From Takakia lepidozioides (taxonomy: Eukaryota > Plantae > Bryophyta): a stretch of 64,000 nucleotides of DNA. The DNA lies in contig CM060733.1 of assembly GCA_030704615.1 (NCBI GenBank), positions 34,038,001 through 34,102,000 of the forward strand, given 5' to 3'. This document shows, in pieces, positions 38,622 to 50,105 of this stretch (its first letter is position 1; each line of letters starts with the position of its first letter). The translations under genes were made by a program, and so were the position numbers. The notes beneath the pieces are model-generated. The model was not told the DNA's origin, did no database searches, and saw only the letters and a program-made list of their open reading frames with translations.

Positions 38622-38903
38622 TTCTCTCCCCCTCTCTTCCTGTGGATGTAAGATTATCTCCTTTTGGTTTAACTTTTTCGAAGACAGTTTATTATGGTCT
38701 TAGAATGTACTCATTTAAGATGTTTGCCCGTAGCTATTTGTCCAGAGAGAGTGACAGAGAGATTCTCTCCCCCTCTCTTCATGTGGATGTAAGATTATCT
38801 CCTTTTGGTTTAACTTTTTCGAAGACAGTTTATAATGGTCTTAGAATGTACTCATTTAAGATGTTTGCCCGTAGCTATTTGTCCAGAGAGAGTGACAGAG
38901 AGA
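38622..38903. repeat. Near-perfect tandem duplication of a 141-bp unit
   Basis: TTCTCTCCCCCTCTCTTC...GAGAGTGACAGAGAGA at 38622 and 38763. Confidence 0.9.
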
Positions 38904-39059
38904 TATAAAGAGATAGTTGTTTCGCCATTTCTGCCTGGTGTTTTACTGGCAGGGCCACTACAGCCACATGTGCGACGAGTTCAAACACCAGAGCAGTGCT
39001 GAAATCAACCTCATGCTTTCTAGTATACTGCCAATGCAGCCCATAAATCAATTCCTTGT

Positions 39060-39330
39060 AGTTGGATTGTCCTAACCTGTCCGTGACCCCCTATGGCAAT
39101 TTTGGGCCCATCCCAACCTTGGTGGGCTCCCAGGGTCTGCGGAAAGAGATTGGCAGGTGGGACAACTGCAACGTTAGGACAGCCTCTGCCCGCTTGCGCT
39201 GGAACAACAGGGAAATTGAAAGTGATGAGCCTTTCTTTTTTCACTGCCCTTTCTACTATGAGATCCGTGGGAGATTCACTTGTCTATTCTGTGATGCCTA
39301 ATCTGTCACGGAGGTCTTCCATTACGAGGA
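39060..39330 (+). mobile_element. Degenerate LINE ORF2 3' fragment (C-terminal zinc-finger region)
   Basis: SQGLRKEIGRW...IESDEPFFFHCPFYYEIRGRF resembles the SHxLxxExGRW...ExxxHFxxxCPxYxxIR tail of non-LTR RT proteins. Confidence 0.55.
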
Positions 39331-41789
39331 TCAGAAATGCTAGGCAGCTTAATATACAAGGTAGATTCCCTTATGATGTGTATGGAACTCACATTGTCAT
39401 CTCAACATGACTCTTAGACAAACCCTTGAAACAATAGTGCTTTTGGCTGCTTGTGGAGGGCATCTCACTTTCTTGTTCTTTTCTCTTGCCCATGAGCTCC
39501 TCCTTCAGCTTTCTGCGGACGTTATAGCTGAAGTACCACTTCATTTCTACACCGACTACAGTGGGTACTAAGTTGGTCTCACGAGTACATCTATCTCTCA
39601 GTCTTTATTGCAAAGTCTCTAGAATCCATTCAAGTGGGGTGCTTACGGAGTGCATGTCAGCATGCTCCAAAACAGCTAATGTGGTTGTTCGGGGTGAGTT
39701 TGGCATCCCTTAAGCTCCCGACGTCTTGGAAGTAGGATCACCCTGTCAAGCAGGCTAAGTCCTAGCAAATAATTGCATCTTCCCATATCCATGGAAGTCG
39801 AGGGATCAACCAAAGTGCAAGAGGCTTATGAAAGAATTACTGCCTTGGTTAGAGGGTGTATCCAAGGCTGCACACATCCCTGAGTATGTGTCAGGGCACC
39901 CATACAGATGTGGGCAGCCCAACTACTTGTTCAAGAGCGCAGCCATGGGTAGTGGATCACAACAATCTGCAAAGGCATCCGAACCAGGGCTTCCTGCTGC
40001 CAGAGTTCCAATGACTTTGCCTCCCGATGCAACAACAAAGCATAATCAAAGAAAGGTGAGAGCAAAAGTTTCAATGCTTGGGCGCGTGGGTGGATTTTTA
40101 TTGTTAATGCTACTTCATATTGTGTGTCATTCGTACTATTCTAATTTTTTGATCATTGTGTCATTCAATATACAAATGGTGAAACCAGTGAAACGTTCAA
40201 TGGGCAGGGAGAGTACAATATGTGCTATCAATCAGACTACAACCACAGTGGATTTGACTGACCCATAGGGTGACCAACAAAATCCGCACAGTGTAAGTAC
40301 TTCCCTTGTGCAATTTTTTTTCCTTGTCTGATGTTGGATCAATGCACCCCCTATGTATCGCCACATAGCTGCAGGCCCAGCAACCTACAAAGGTAGTTTT
40401 GTGACATCGTCCTACCACATCCATGCTGACCATACATAACCTACTATCAACTAGGCAGAACTTCAATGCCATTTGCAGGAGTGCCAAGATGTCAGTCTCC
40501 GTTCTCCAGGATTCCATTGATATGGGAATCTGATTTTTGTTGCAGTTTCAAATCGGCGACAAGGTGTTATTGTTTAATCCTTGTGCACCAAAAAGAAGGG
40601 CAGGTGTGGGATATATTGCTGGCTTTCCGAAAGCAAATGTGTCGGACAATTATTACTATATCCATGTGAAATTGGTCATGATTTCAGAGGTTGTGTTGCC
40701 GTACCCGGACTACTATGTTACCCCTAATCATACCACATTGGGTGACACGCAGGGAAGTTCCACCTTATGGTCTGAAAAGTTTCTTAAACACGCATGATAT
40801 TGAAGGTGCTACAAGTTTAATTTAGTTTTCTTTATGGATTGAGGGTTGCTGAGACAGGTGAACAAAACAGCTCTTCTCATGTGAACCGTATTTTTTGAAT
40901 TGATGCTCTTGTTATTCTCATGTATGATCACAAGATTCTCTTGTTCAAGGGCAAGTTCATTTTCCCACATCAAGCCAAATTTTCCTTGTGATAGACATGA
41001 ATGTGGTATTTTGCTGTTGTTGTTGCTATATTTAATATTAATAACATTACTACTGGTCAATGTGGTTAATAATACACAAATATTATCCCCTGTTTTAAAT
41101 AAGCTTTTGTTTAAATGAGACAAAACAAATAAAAATTCTAAAATAATAATATAATAAATATTAAATCAAGCAGCCAATGGCTTTTTGGGTGCTATCCCAT
41201 TTATTATAAGAATATCTATACAACAACAACAACAACAACAATAATAATATGACTATTTATTTTAGCATTTGTCAATAAATAATAATTGTTTATTTTTCGT
41301 CCAATAGGAACAGAACAGTGGATGTGACAGTACTCACACTAGTGTCATTGCGTTCACACCACGATTTGAACCTGGTGTTAAATCTGTGTGAGAGAAGCCG
41401 TAAGAAGAGCCCTTAATATCTATTATTTATTTAAAAATTATGATGGACTCTATTACGTGGCATTCCCTTTGACGTACATGTGGCAGACATGGTGGCAACG
41501 AGGTGTAATAAGTACCGTAGAAAAACCATTAAGATTACTTAGTCAAAATACTAGTTGAACTGACCAGTCAAAACGGCCGTCAAAATATCCGTCAAAAGAG
41601 CCACCTAAACCTACTGCCACATCAGGTGCGCGTTTGGTGTGAGATGATTTTTTTCACAGGACCAAGAAAGTTCACATGTGGTGCAAAGGACTGGGTTAAC
41701 CTAACACCAGGGGGGGGTGTGAACTCGGGCTCTTTTCACACCAAAATGTGTGAGAAGAGCCGTTAAAAAAACCGGTTTCTCTAGTAGTG

Positions 41790-44620
41790 CCTTGAACGGA
41801 TTCAAGGGTATCCTTGGACGGTCACACCTAGGGCCACAATAAGGTTCTGGAACTTCATCCTCATCTTCCACATCTTCCAGTATATGTGGCTGGATGCCAT
41901 CCCTCCGATGGTTTGAGGACCAATTTGTTTTCGGCCAAAATCCTTCAAGAAGCTGGATACGATCCGGAATGTCCTGCATTGGCTTATCAAGTTCGGCGAG
42001 AATATTTCCCCAGTATTGGTCATATTGTTCCATCACACTCCGGTAATGATCGTCAAGCAACATTCATTTGGTCCAAAAATCTCTGTATTTCTTAATACCA
42101 TTTTTTATGAATGACTGTTTTTCTGAGGAGTCGTCCCCGACTCCCCATATCGGTCTTCTTGGAACGGCATCTGGGTCTCCTTCAGGGAGATATGGAGTCC
42201 CATCAGGATTGGACTTCCACATCTTAACGCTGGAGTTTGTAGGAAGCCACTCCGAATCAGTAGCTGACTTCTTGTACTTCATAACGGGCCAGCCATCCGC
42301 ATCCTTAAAAAATCAAAAGACGTGCATCTCTGAGATCCCCACCAAAGCCTCCTTTCCATCATGAATACAACCCTTAACAAACTTCTTGAAGTCGGGATCC
42401 TCCTGTGTGATTTGAGGAATGAATTGCATATCTTGGGAGATCATGAATGACCTCATCAAATCCGGAAGAATGTAGGTGTTGCGTTCCTTTAGCTTCTTCG
42501 AGAGATAGCTAAAAAATCCGTCAATATTCTCATGGGTGCGCCTGACCATGAGAAAACCAAGCTGGATCTCTTCAAAGACATCTTTGGCAGTGAGGAGGGA
42601 TAGGAAAGCAAGCATCCATCTGTTCTTATTGTCATTGGAGGAGTTGTCCATTTGCAAATAAAGTCGTCTAGGAAGTGGTCGCACCACGTTTATCGTGCGG
42701 CCTGCAGGGTTTCAGAGCCTCCAAACATCTCGATTTACCTCTCATGAGCGTTTCAAAAAAATCATTTTGAACTTCAGTGTCGAAAATGTTCCTGGATTCC
42801 CGGCATGTCGGCTTTTCCAGTTGGCGCAGGCACCGAGTGAGCGACCCGCAGTTTGAATTGTCTTTCCAGAACTCAAGGGAAAATTGAGTGTAAGCTCCAT
42901 CTCCGTGTCCGTGCGTAACCATTCCTGTCAATGAGACAGACAACTGACCCAATCCGGAGACCATATTGTTCGTCGTCTGTAGCCTCGGAATAGCCGTTTT
43001 CCTATGATCCATCTTATCATGAATAATACATAGGAACTCCTCCGGAACCATAACGGACTCATTCCTCCAGCTATGGTACAGCCTTCTGCATGACTCTTGA
43101 TGCCTCAAGTGCAAATCAAGCGCCCACTTATGTGCGACCTGTTCGGAACTCCTCTTAATCCACTTCTTGATCAAGTCCTTGAACATCTCGCATTCTGTGC
43201 ACTTAGCAAAGGTGCTTCCTGTTTTCCGAACCTCCACGTTAGGAAATATTCGATTCCGTATACGGCTTATAGCTGGCTGCGAGACTCCTTTCAAACCGAG
43301 CAGTCTGTTTGTTCCCCAACAATGTCAACGTCCACTGGGCAGTGGAGGTTCTACAAAGTGGAAGAACAAGAAAGCATGATAGCATCAAAAAGAATAAAAT
43401 CATCCATAGTATTTTGAAAAACGAAAGGGGACAACGAATAAAAGTCACCTCGTTAGACTCCTCTCGAATTCTCTTCAAGTTCATTTCGGGTGGCAAAATT
43501 CTCAAAGTATCCCGACATCCCTCTCCAATGCAACGTGTTTTGTGAGGCATAAGGTCAGTATTGGCTTTGATAATGGACATAATGTTCCCCTTTGCCTGGA
43601 GTGTCCCAGGTCGCGGCCGCTTGACGCCACAATTTCCGTGGAAAGATGACAAACAGCCCTCTTTACCGAGCTTTTTGTACTCCATGTACGTTGACCTTCC
43701 AATTCCGTGTATTATCCACCATGCTTTCTCACAAACATCAACACCTTCTATCGTAACATACCACCTGCGCGATGACCCATCCATAATGTGAAGTCGTAAC
43801 ATTCAATCCAAGTTCTCTTCTCTCATCGAATGACGAACCCCAAAATGCAGTACGAATTGCCAAGGGTTTTCTCCAATCAAAATACTGGCAGTATTGAAGC
43901 TTGCAGCAAGGTTTGCTGCTCACCGACCTCACTTCATCCAAAGTAAGATTTTTCTTGCACTTTTTTGAGTCCTCTATATTGGATGGATTCTTCTTCCTAT
44001 TAAAATGCCTGTATGTTGCTTTCAATACGCCTGTACCATGGTCGTCATTCTCCATGTCACTGCATGATCATAGGAAATTTTTGAGATCAACAGAGAGTAT
44101 CCGGCCATTTTCAAGAAGTCTGGCTTTCGTTAACGGCCATTTCACAATCGACATCAGTGAACCGGACTCTCCAGAGATTGTTCTGGTGACCAGAACCCCA
44201 ACATCGTCCTCTCCGAGTTTGTCATTCAGAATGATCTCATTAGGAATGCATGCCTGAATTCGGCCTTCGAACAGGGCGTTTCCGTCCTCCCCAAGAAGAA
44301 GACACTGCAAGTTTCTCCAACATTCTCTCCACAGACCTGCAGGTAGATCCCCCCCAGTCTCACCGTTGGACGGAATATCATTGCTTTCAGTGCTTTGTCC
44401 TTGATAATCACTACCTTCTGTGACGGAATGACATCCTCGGTTTCTCGGGGATGATGAATCCACAGTTTCATGCGTGCGAACACAAGACACGTCCCACACA
44501 ACTGGAGTCCCAATCGCCTCCTTCAATGTGTCAGCATCCATGTGTCGATAAGGCAGAGGACAGGAACCGAATGCGTCATCACAAAAGATCAGGGTAACTG
44601 AAATGGTGGACGAACACAAG
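41790..44620 (-). pseudogene. Frameshifted DUF7869-type (Sola-like) DDE transposase gene, truncated by a CACTA TIR
   Basis: Successive frames give PCCKLQYCQYF, VCEKAWWIIHGIG..HGN, FAKCTEC, CIIHDKMD, LYLQMDNSSNDNKN and GFLMVRRTHENIDG (consensus GHTHEDID), then MKYKK...; probable intron near 43305-43448. Confidence 0.75.
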
Positions 44621-47600
44621 TGGTGTCCGTGGCAAGTTCCATCCCCAGAAACATTCAGGCAATCTCCTGAGGCAACAACTGAATCCAGGAAGGGACAGCC
44701 CTTTGGCCTACTTGGAACCCCATGAAGTTAGTAACCTCCACTGGGCAGTGGAGGTCCAGTAAAATCCTATTACTGGACTGAAGATTAACTGAAGGAAAGA
44801 AAGTCTTGCCACCGAAAGGAGAAACTTTAAGTATAACTTTTTCGACGGTTTTGAATGAGAAAACAATATGGATTGAAAAAGTAAAGTCAATGTTTGGATG
44901 TACACTGGAACTGATAAAAAACAATTGGAATTAATTGGAGTATGAGGGCGGAGTATAGACTACATCTATCGGAACTGTCAGAAGAAGTCACAATTGCCAA
45001 CCTCCACTGGGCAGTGGAGGTTGGATGATATCTGTTGATGAAATCAACCACATGGATGAACAATGGATAATGAAGAAGCCCTCTGTAGATGAAAAAGTGA
45101 TTCTATGGATGGATGAATAATAATGTGGCGACTGCCCAGTGGAGGTTTGGGAGTAACTTTAGACAAACAAAAGCAAGTTTAGCTGGTGCACATGGAGAGT
45201 ACACAAAAAATTGAGTATCATACTATCCTACGTGAGAAATGTGCAGTTGACACCTGAGACTAAGGAAGCAAGGAGAGACTCAGAGGCAGCTTCAGAAGTA
45301 CCCTATGGGCAGAGTGGTGCAGGACAGGCAAAGAGGTACACGTTGTCCAGAGAGGTGCAGGATGTCCAGAGAGGTGCGTGAGGGAAAAGAAGCAAGTGAG
45401 AGGTTCAAAGTGGGAAGTTGGTGTTGTGTGGAGTCGGACGTTATATAGAGGTGACATGTAACTTTCATTTGAATCGCTCCAATGGCAGTGTGGTATGCTT
45501 TCTCTCCCGGATCGATTGTGGCCACCGTGGATTAAGGCGGAATCGAACGGCTTATTTCAACTCGCGAAATCTCGGCTTCATTGAAAGTGTGCACAATTTT
45601 CCATTTATTGACAACAGCCATTGTCACATTAATTATGGAACAAACGATAACGGCCGCGATCAGACTGAATTCTATCGTACTTGTACGTTAGTAGGACTAC
45701 AAGTCTGGCATCATTATCGTGCGGCTCTGACAGCAGACTCTGGAATAAGCGTGAAGGATGTCGATTCTGACAAGTGGCCTGGAGAAATGAAGTCAGGCGG
45801 CTAATCACCACAACTAATTCCGGACTGCACATTAACAATCGATCATTATAATTAGCTGGGAGGAATCGGAGGTGAACCATAAAGCACTTTGAGATTGTTC
45901 TGTTTATATTTATCGTGTTGTTACAGTGAATAAAACACTTGGGCAGGGCGGGGCATTACATGCCGGCGCATTGCATTGGACAGCGAGGGCGGTGCATTAC
46001 TGCGGAATGCTCTGTCGTGCCTTGCTTGCTTGCACATGTTTAATGTAGGGATGGACCCCTCGTGTCGGGTATCCCTCGATATATGGGCAGTCCCTATGGT
46101 GGCTCTGGACCTTAAATCGAGGAATGCCCGACACGAGGGGCCATCTACTATCCTTAAAGCCGTATGTTACATGGCACTTGCGGGTGTTGTCAAGGAATAT
46201 TGACGCCTGGCGGCTAACAGCCGAAAGTAATTGTGGACGGCTCAATATGAGACAATGATTATACAGTGTGACGAATCCGTAGGTACAACGTTGTGTCCTC
46301 TGGCAGATTGAGTTCGAAACGACTGCCTAGGCGTGTCACGTGGGTGGTCACATGTGCGTTTGGGGCGTGGGTTAAGGTTTGTTGGCTTCGAATCTATTTT
46401 TAAGATTTTTGTAAGCGTGAGGGTTGCAGAGTCTGACCAATGGCGTCATTACAATCATTTCGTCCTTTTTTCATTCGTCTATCCAGTCGTCTGTCCAAAC
46501 GTGTGTGCATTCGTGGAACAAAAGTTGAACTAATTTCATCTGTGTGGATGGACAGTATTAATGTTAGTTTGCGTGGATGGGGCAGAACATCCATTTGGGC
46601 CGCGCGACCGTTCGATTTCGGACGGAGGCGATGGTTCAGATCATCCTTGAAGGTCGCTTATAAGGGGTGCGCTCTTTGAGCCCGCCTTTGGGCTTCCCAT
46701 TTTCTACGCGTAAGCGCTGCGCGAGTGAGAGCTTAACAGTTGAGAGAGGAGAGCGTGAAAGAGAAGAGTTTTGGAGCTTGTTTTGCAGCGACTGGACACT
46801 GGAGCGTGGAGAGAAAGAGCAGACTTGGCCGAGTGCAGAGAGAGGAGAGGGTGAAAGGTGAGAGAGTGAAATAGGCGAAATTTGAAGAGCAGGGAGGAGA
46901 GACCGGACAGTGGCGAGTGGAGATTGACGAGTGTAGAGGCGAGACCACAGTGCAATTACCGGCAGGCGGAGGTGCGGAAGAGAGTATCAAACGAAGGACT
47001 GTGGTTGTCGGGGCACCAAAATGGCCGGCACAAGCAGGTACAACATTAAAAACTCCCTTTTTCGTCTTCTGTTTCATGTTTTGTGTTGGCCTGTTCTGAA
47101 TCATGTGTTGGCCTGTTCTCAGTTTTATGTTGGCCCGCTCTCGATTCATGTGGCCTGTTCAAGATTCAATTCGTTTGGATCCTGCTTCATTCTCTGATGC
47201 ACTGCACTGTCTTCAGTGCTTCAGTCCGTGCTTTAGTGCACATTAGGTTTCTGTTTCATTGTTTGCTTCGTTGTTTGCTTCAATGTTGTTTCATTCTCTG
47301 TCAATTCATTTCACTCCTGCTCCATTCTGTGCTTTCAGTGCATTCCTGCGTCATTGCTTCACTGTTGTTTTTCAATTCACCGATGGTTTGTAGGGTGGTT
47401 TTGTGTGGTGGTTTTGTGCAATTGGGTTTGTGTGTGCTTGTTCTGGTCGATTAGGGTAATGGTTTAGGGTGGCGGGAGATTACCGTGCTGGTTGTATTGC
47501 TTGTTTTGTTCATTGTGGTGGTTTATTGAGGGCAGTGGTTTCGGAAATGCCCGGATGTTTATTTCTCAACCGTTTTCTTGATCCCCAAATCCAGCGTTAG

Positions 47601-50105
47601 TTGATGCATTTTGTCCCATTCAAATTCGATTCTGAATGGAAATTTTCATTTCTTATCCAATTATGTCGAATTCGGCAATTCTGAAAAACCACGATAGCCT
47701 AGTCTACTTGTATTCTACAGTAGACATATGCTAACAGTAGGCTTCGTGCAGGCCAGAGTAGAGTATTCGTAGACCCATGTCATGCACATGAGCAACCAGA
47801 AACTGGAACCTCCACTGCCCAGTGGAGGTTCGCGTGAATTCTGTATGCGGAAGCTGAAAGCATTTTTTAAAGTAAGGACGAAATCGGATAATTACGGAAA
47901 AATTGAAATCAGTTTGAGACGATGTGGGAACGAGTGATGGAATCATATGTGTAACATTGTAAGTGTGACACATACTTTCCAACGAGACTGGGATACGATA
48001 ATTGGGAACCTCCACTACCCAGTGGAGGTTCGATATTTCTTTGGGTCAGCCAGTTACACACTCTGATTAGTTTTTATGTCAGAATGAGAAAGAGGAACGA
48101 GGGTGGGGAACCGGTGTCTGACGATGAGTACAAGACCAGATTAAATTGGAGCAAGAGACGGTGTTCGGTAGACGTGATGGAAGCGGACCGTCCAGATAAA
48201 AAACATGGTGTTTCGGAACCAGATGAAAAATCCAGTTGGGGGTCTACCGAGCCGAACAAAGTGTCTGTCAATGACGAAAATGTGACAATAGAATCCCCGC
48301 GGAACGCATCCGAATCTCCGAACAATACACCTGAAGTCATCTGTAAGGATACCCTGGCGGAAATAAGAGAAAGCGTTCATGTAAACAATGATATCAACGG
48401 ATCTCCTGCCTACTCCCAAGATTATCCGACATACACCCCTTCAGACTATTCCCCAGACACATTGGCGGCGATACGAGTGACCGTTTTTGGATATCCAGCA
48501 TCTCCGGGTTACTCGCCAGCATCTCCTGAATCCACATCAGGATCTGAAGGATATTATCCTCCAAACTTCCTCCTGGACACTGAAACGAGAGGGGGAGTCC
48601 TGGAACTACTGGACGTCTCCGGATCTCCAGGATACTCCCCTGCGTCTCCTGATAGTATCACCGGATCCCCAAAATATACCCCTCCAGACTATTCGCCTGA
48701 TACACTCAGAGAGATAAGAAGGAGCATTCTGTAGTTCTTGGGTATATAATCTAGAATCGTCTGAATAGTGCGAGAAGTTCCTTAGTATATTTTGGACGAA
48801 TTAGGTTCGAAGATTTCTATTGTAGATTAGTCCTGTTTCAGGATGATGTACTCAATGGCTCCTGAGCCTCTTTTCATTAAAGTTTTTTTCTTCAACATCT
48901 GTAAAATATGGAGGATTTCCCATTTCATGTAGAAAGACTCGTACATACGAACCTCCACTGTCCAGTGGAGGTTCTCATTTCTGGAATGATGGATGCTAGT
49001 AAGAGAGATCCTGTTATTTGATTATCTAATGAATTTTGTGTTTGGTTGTAACAGAAGACATCCTAGATTGCGTCTCGGGATTGATTGGAGATATTTGTGG
49101 CGCATTCGTATGCCGGAAGTCCTCACATTTCAAAACTGAGCATACCGCTATTTTTGAGCTTAACCCAGAGGTGACAGATTGGGGCATCGTGCCTGTCGGT
49201 ACACCTCCTGATCACAAACTGTCTTTTCATTACAGAAGTCTTGGAGTAATAACAGACTTTAAAATACGCAGAAGCTCTCGATATAGAGCTTGAATCTGAA
49301 GAGGAAAACCCGATGTTGGTTTTGTTCCTGCATGAGGATGCGAGAACCCCCAGGACGTTTGGTTTCAAAGTGGAGGTGGGTCGTCTGAACAAGTCGTTGA
49401 TGATGAGTGAATGCGTTGCACTGGGTTTTAGATTTCCAGACGAGGGCTCAGTATTTACCGACGTAGGTTTGTCGAGGGCCTGGAGTATTTTTCTGGATCT
49501 TCTGCACGCAATGGGGAACGACATTCGCAAGAAGCGAGCACTACAGGAAGCATCAAAGCCGAAGAAGGGAAAACGCAAGTCGTCGACAGCCCGGCAATGA
49601 TGACAATGAGGCCGGGACTTCCGCAGGAAAGAAGAAACAGAAAGAGGATCAGGATCCAGCATTGATGTCAAATAACAGAGACCTAAAGCTGGGGAGATTT
49701 TTGACAAGGAAAAAATGCGAGAAGATGGAGGAGAGGCTCACGAAGGAATACAATGATGTATTTCCATTCGGATTCGAGAGTACCTTCCTTGTGAAGGTTT
49801 CCATGATGGAACTAGCTCCAAGGAGCATGGTTTACGGGCCGTTAAATATCAAGCATAAGGACGAAGTGAAAGCGCGACTCTTCCAACTTCATTTGTTCGA
49901 CTCCAAACATCCGGTGTATCTTGCGCCAATCAACCCTTCCAATCCAGAGAAGATTGCTTCATCGCGACCGAAGCAATGGAAGGAGATGGACGTATCAAGG
50001 TTCTTCGTAATTGGTGGACAACACACCATCGTGGCAGCAAAGGTAATGGACTTCATTTCCTCCCAGACCTCTCTTTTAACGAACCTCCACTGGGCAGTGG
50101 AGGTT
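43327..50105. repeat. Eight dispersed copies of the 24-bp palindrome AACCTCCACTG-NN-CAGTGGAGGTT
   Basis: 43327-43350, 44733-44756, 44999-45022, 45131-45147 (partial), 47807-47830, 48007-48030, 48950-48973, 50082-50105. Confidence 0.95.
48084..48734 (+). CDS. Hypothetical low-complexity protein (216 aa) with YSP/YTP heptad-like repeats
   Basis: Uninterrupted ORF containing SPAYSQDYPTYTPSDYSPDT, SPGYSPASPES, SPGYSPASPDS and SPKYTPPDYSPDT. Confidence 0.5.
   Translation: MRKRNEGGEPVSDDEYKTRLNWSKRRCSVDVMEADRPDKKHGVSEPDEKSSWGSTEPNKVSVNDENVTIESPRNASESPNNTPEVICKDTLAEIRESVHVNNDINGSPAYSQDYPTYTPSDYSPDTLAAIRVTVFGYPASPGYSPASPESTSGSEGYYPPNFLLDTETRGGVLELLDVSGSPGYSPASPDSITGSPKYTPPDYSPDTLREIRRSIL

Larger units (their letters stand above)
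37093..41789. mobile_element. CACTA (En/Spm) derivative with transposase remnants and TIR copy B
   Basis: TIR ...AAAAACCGGTTTCTCTAGTAGTG ends at 41789 with GTGTGAGAAGAGCCGT subterminal motifs. Minus strand: ILCPCNAC..AKRHLL (transposase-associated domain-like, 37434-37697) and EQVFF..NWKVVLHKDPR (TnpD C-terminal-like, 37093-37401). Plus strand: FQIGDKVLL...LPYPD...TLGD...TLW (Tnp1/En/Spm-like, 40537-40797). Confidence 0.7.

Noticed and set aside
43327-50105. 24-bp palindromic repeats as a CRISPR array
   Set aside because: Spacing is irregular (about 0.1-2.7 kb), copies lie in introns of eukaryotic genes, and no cas genes are present
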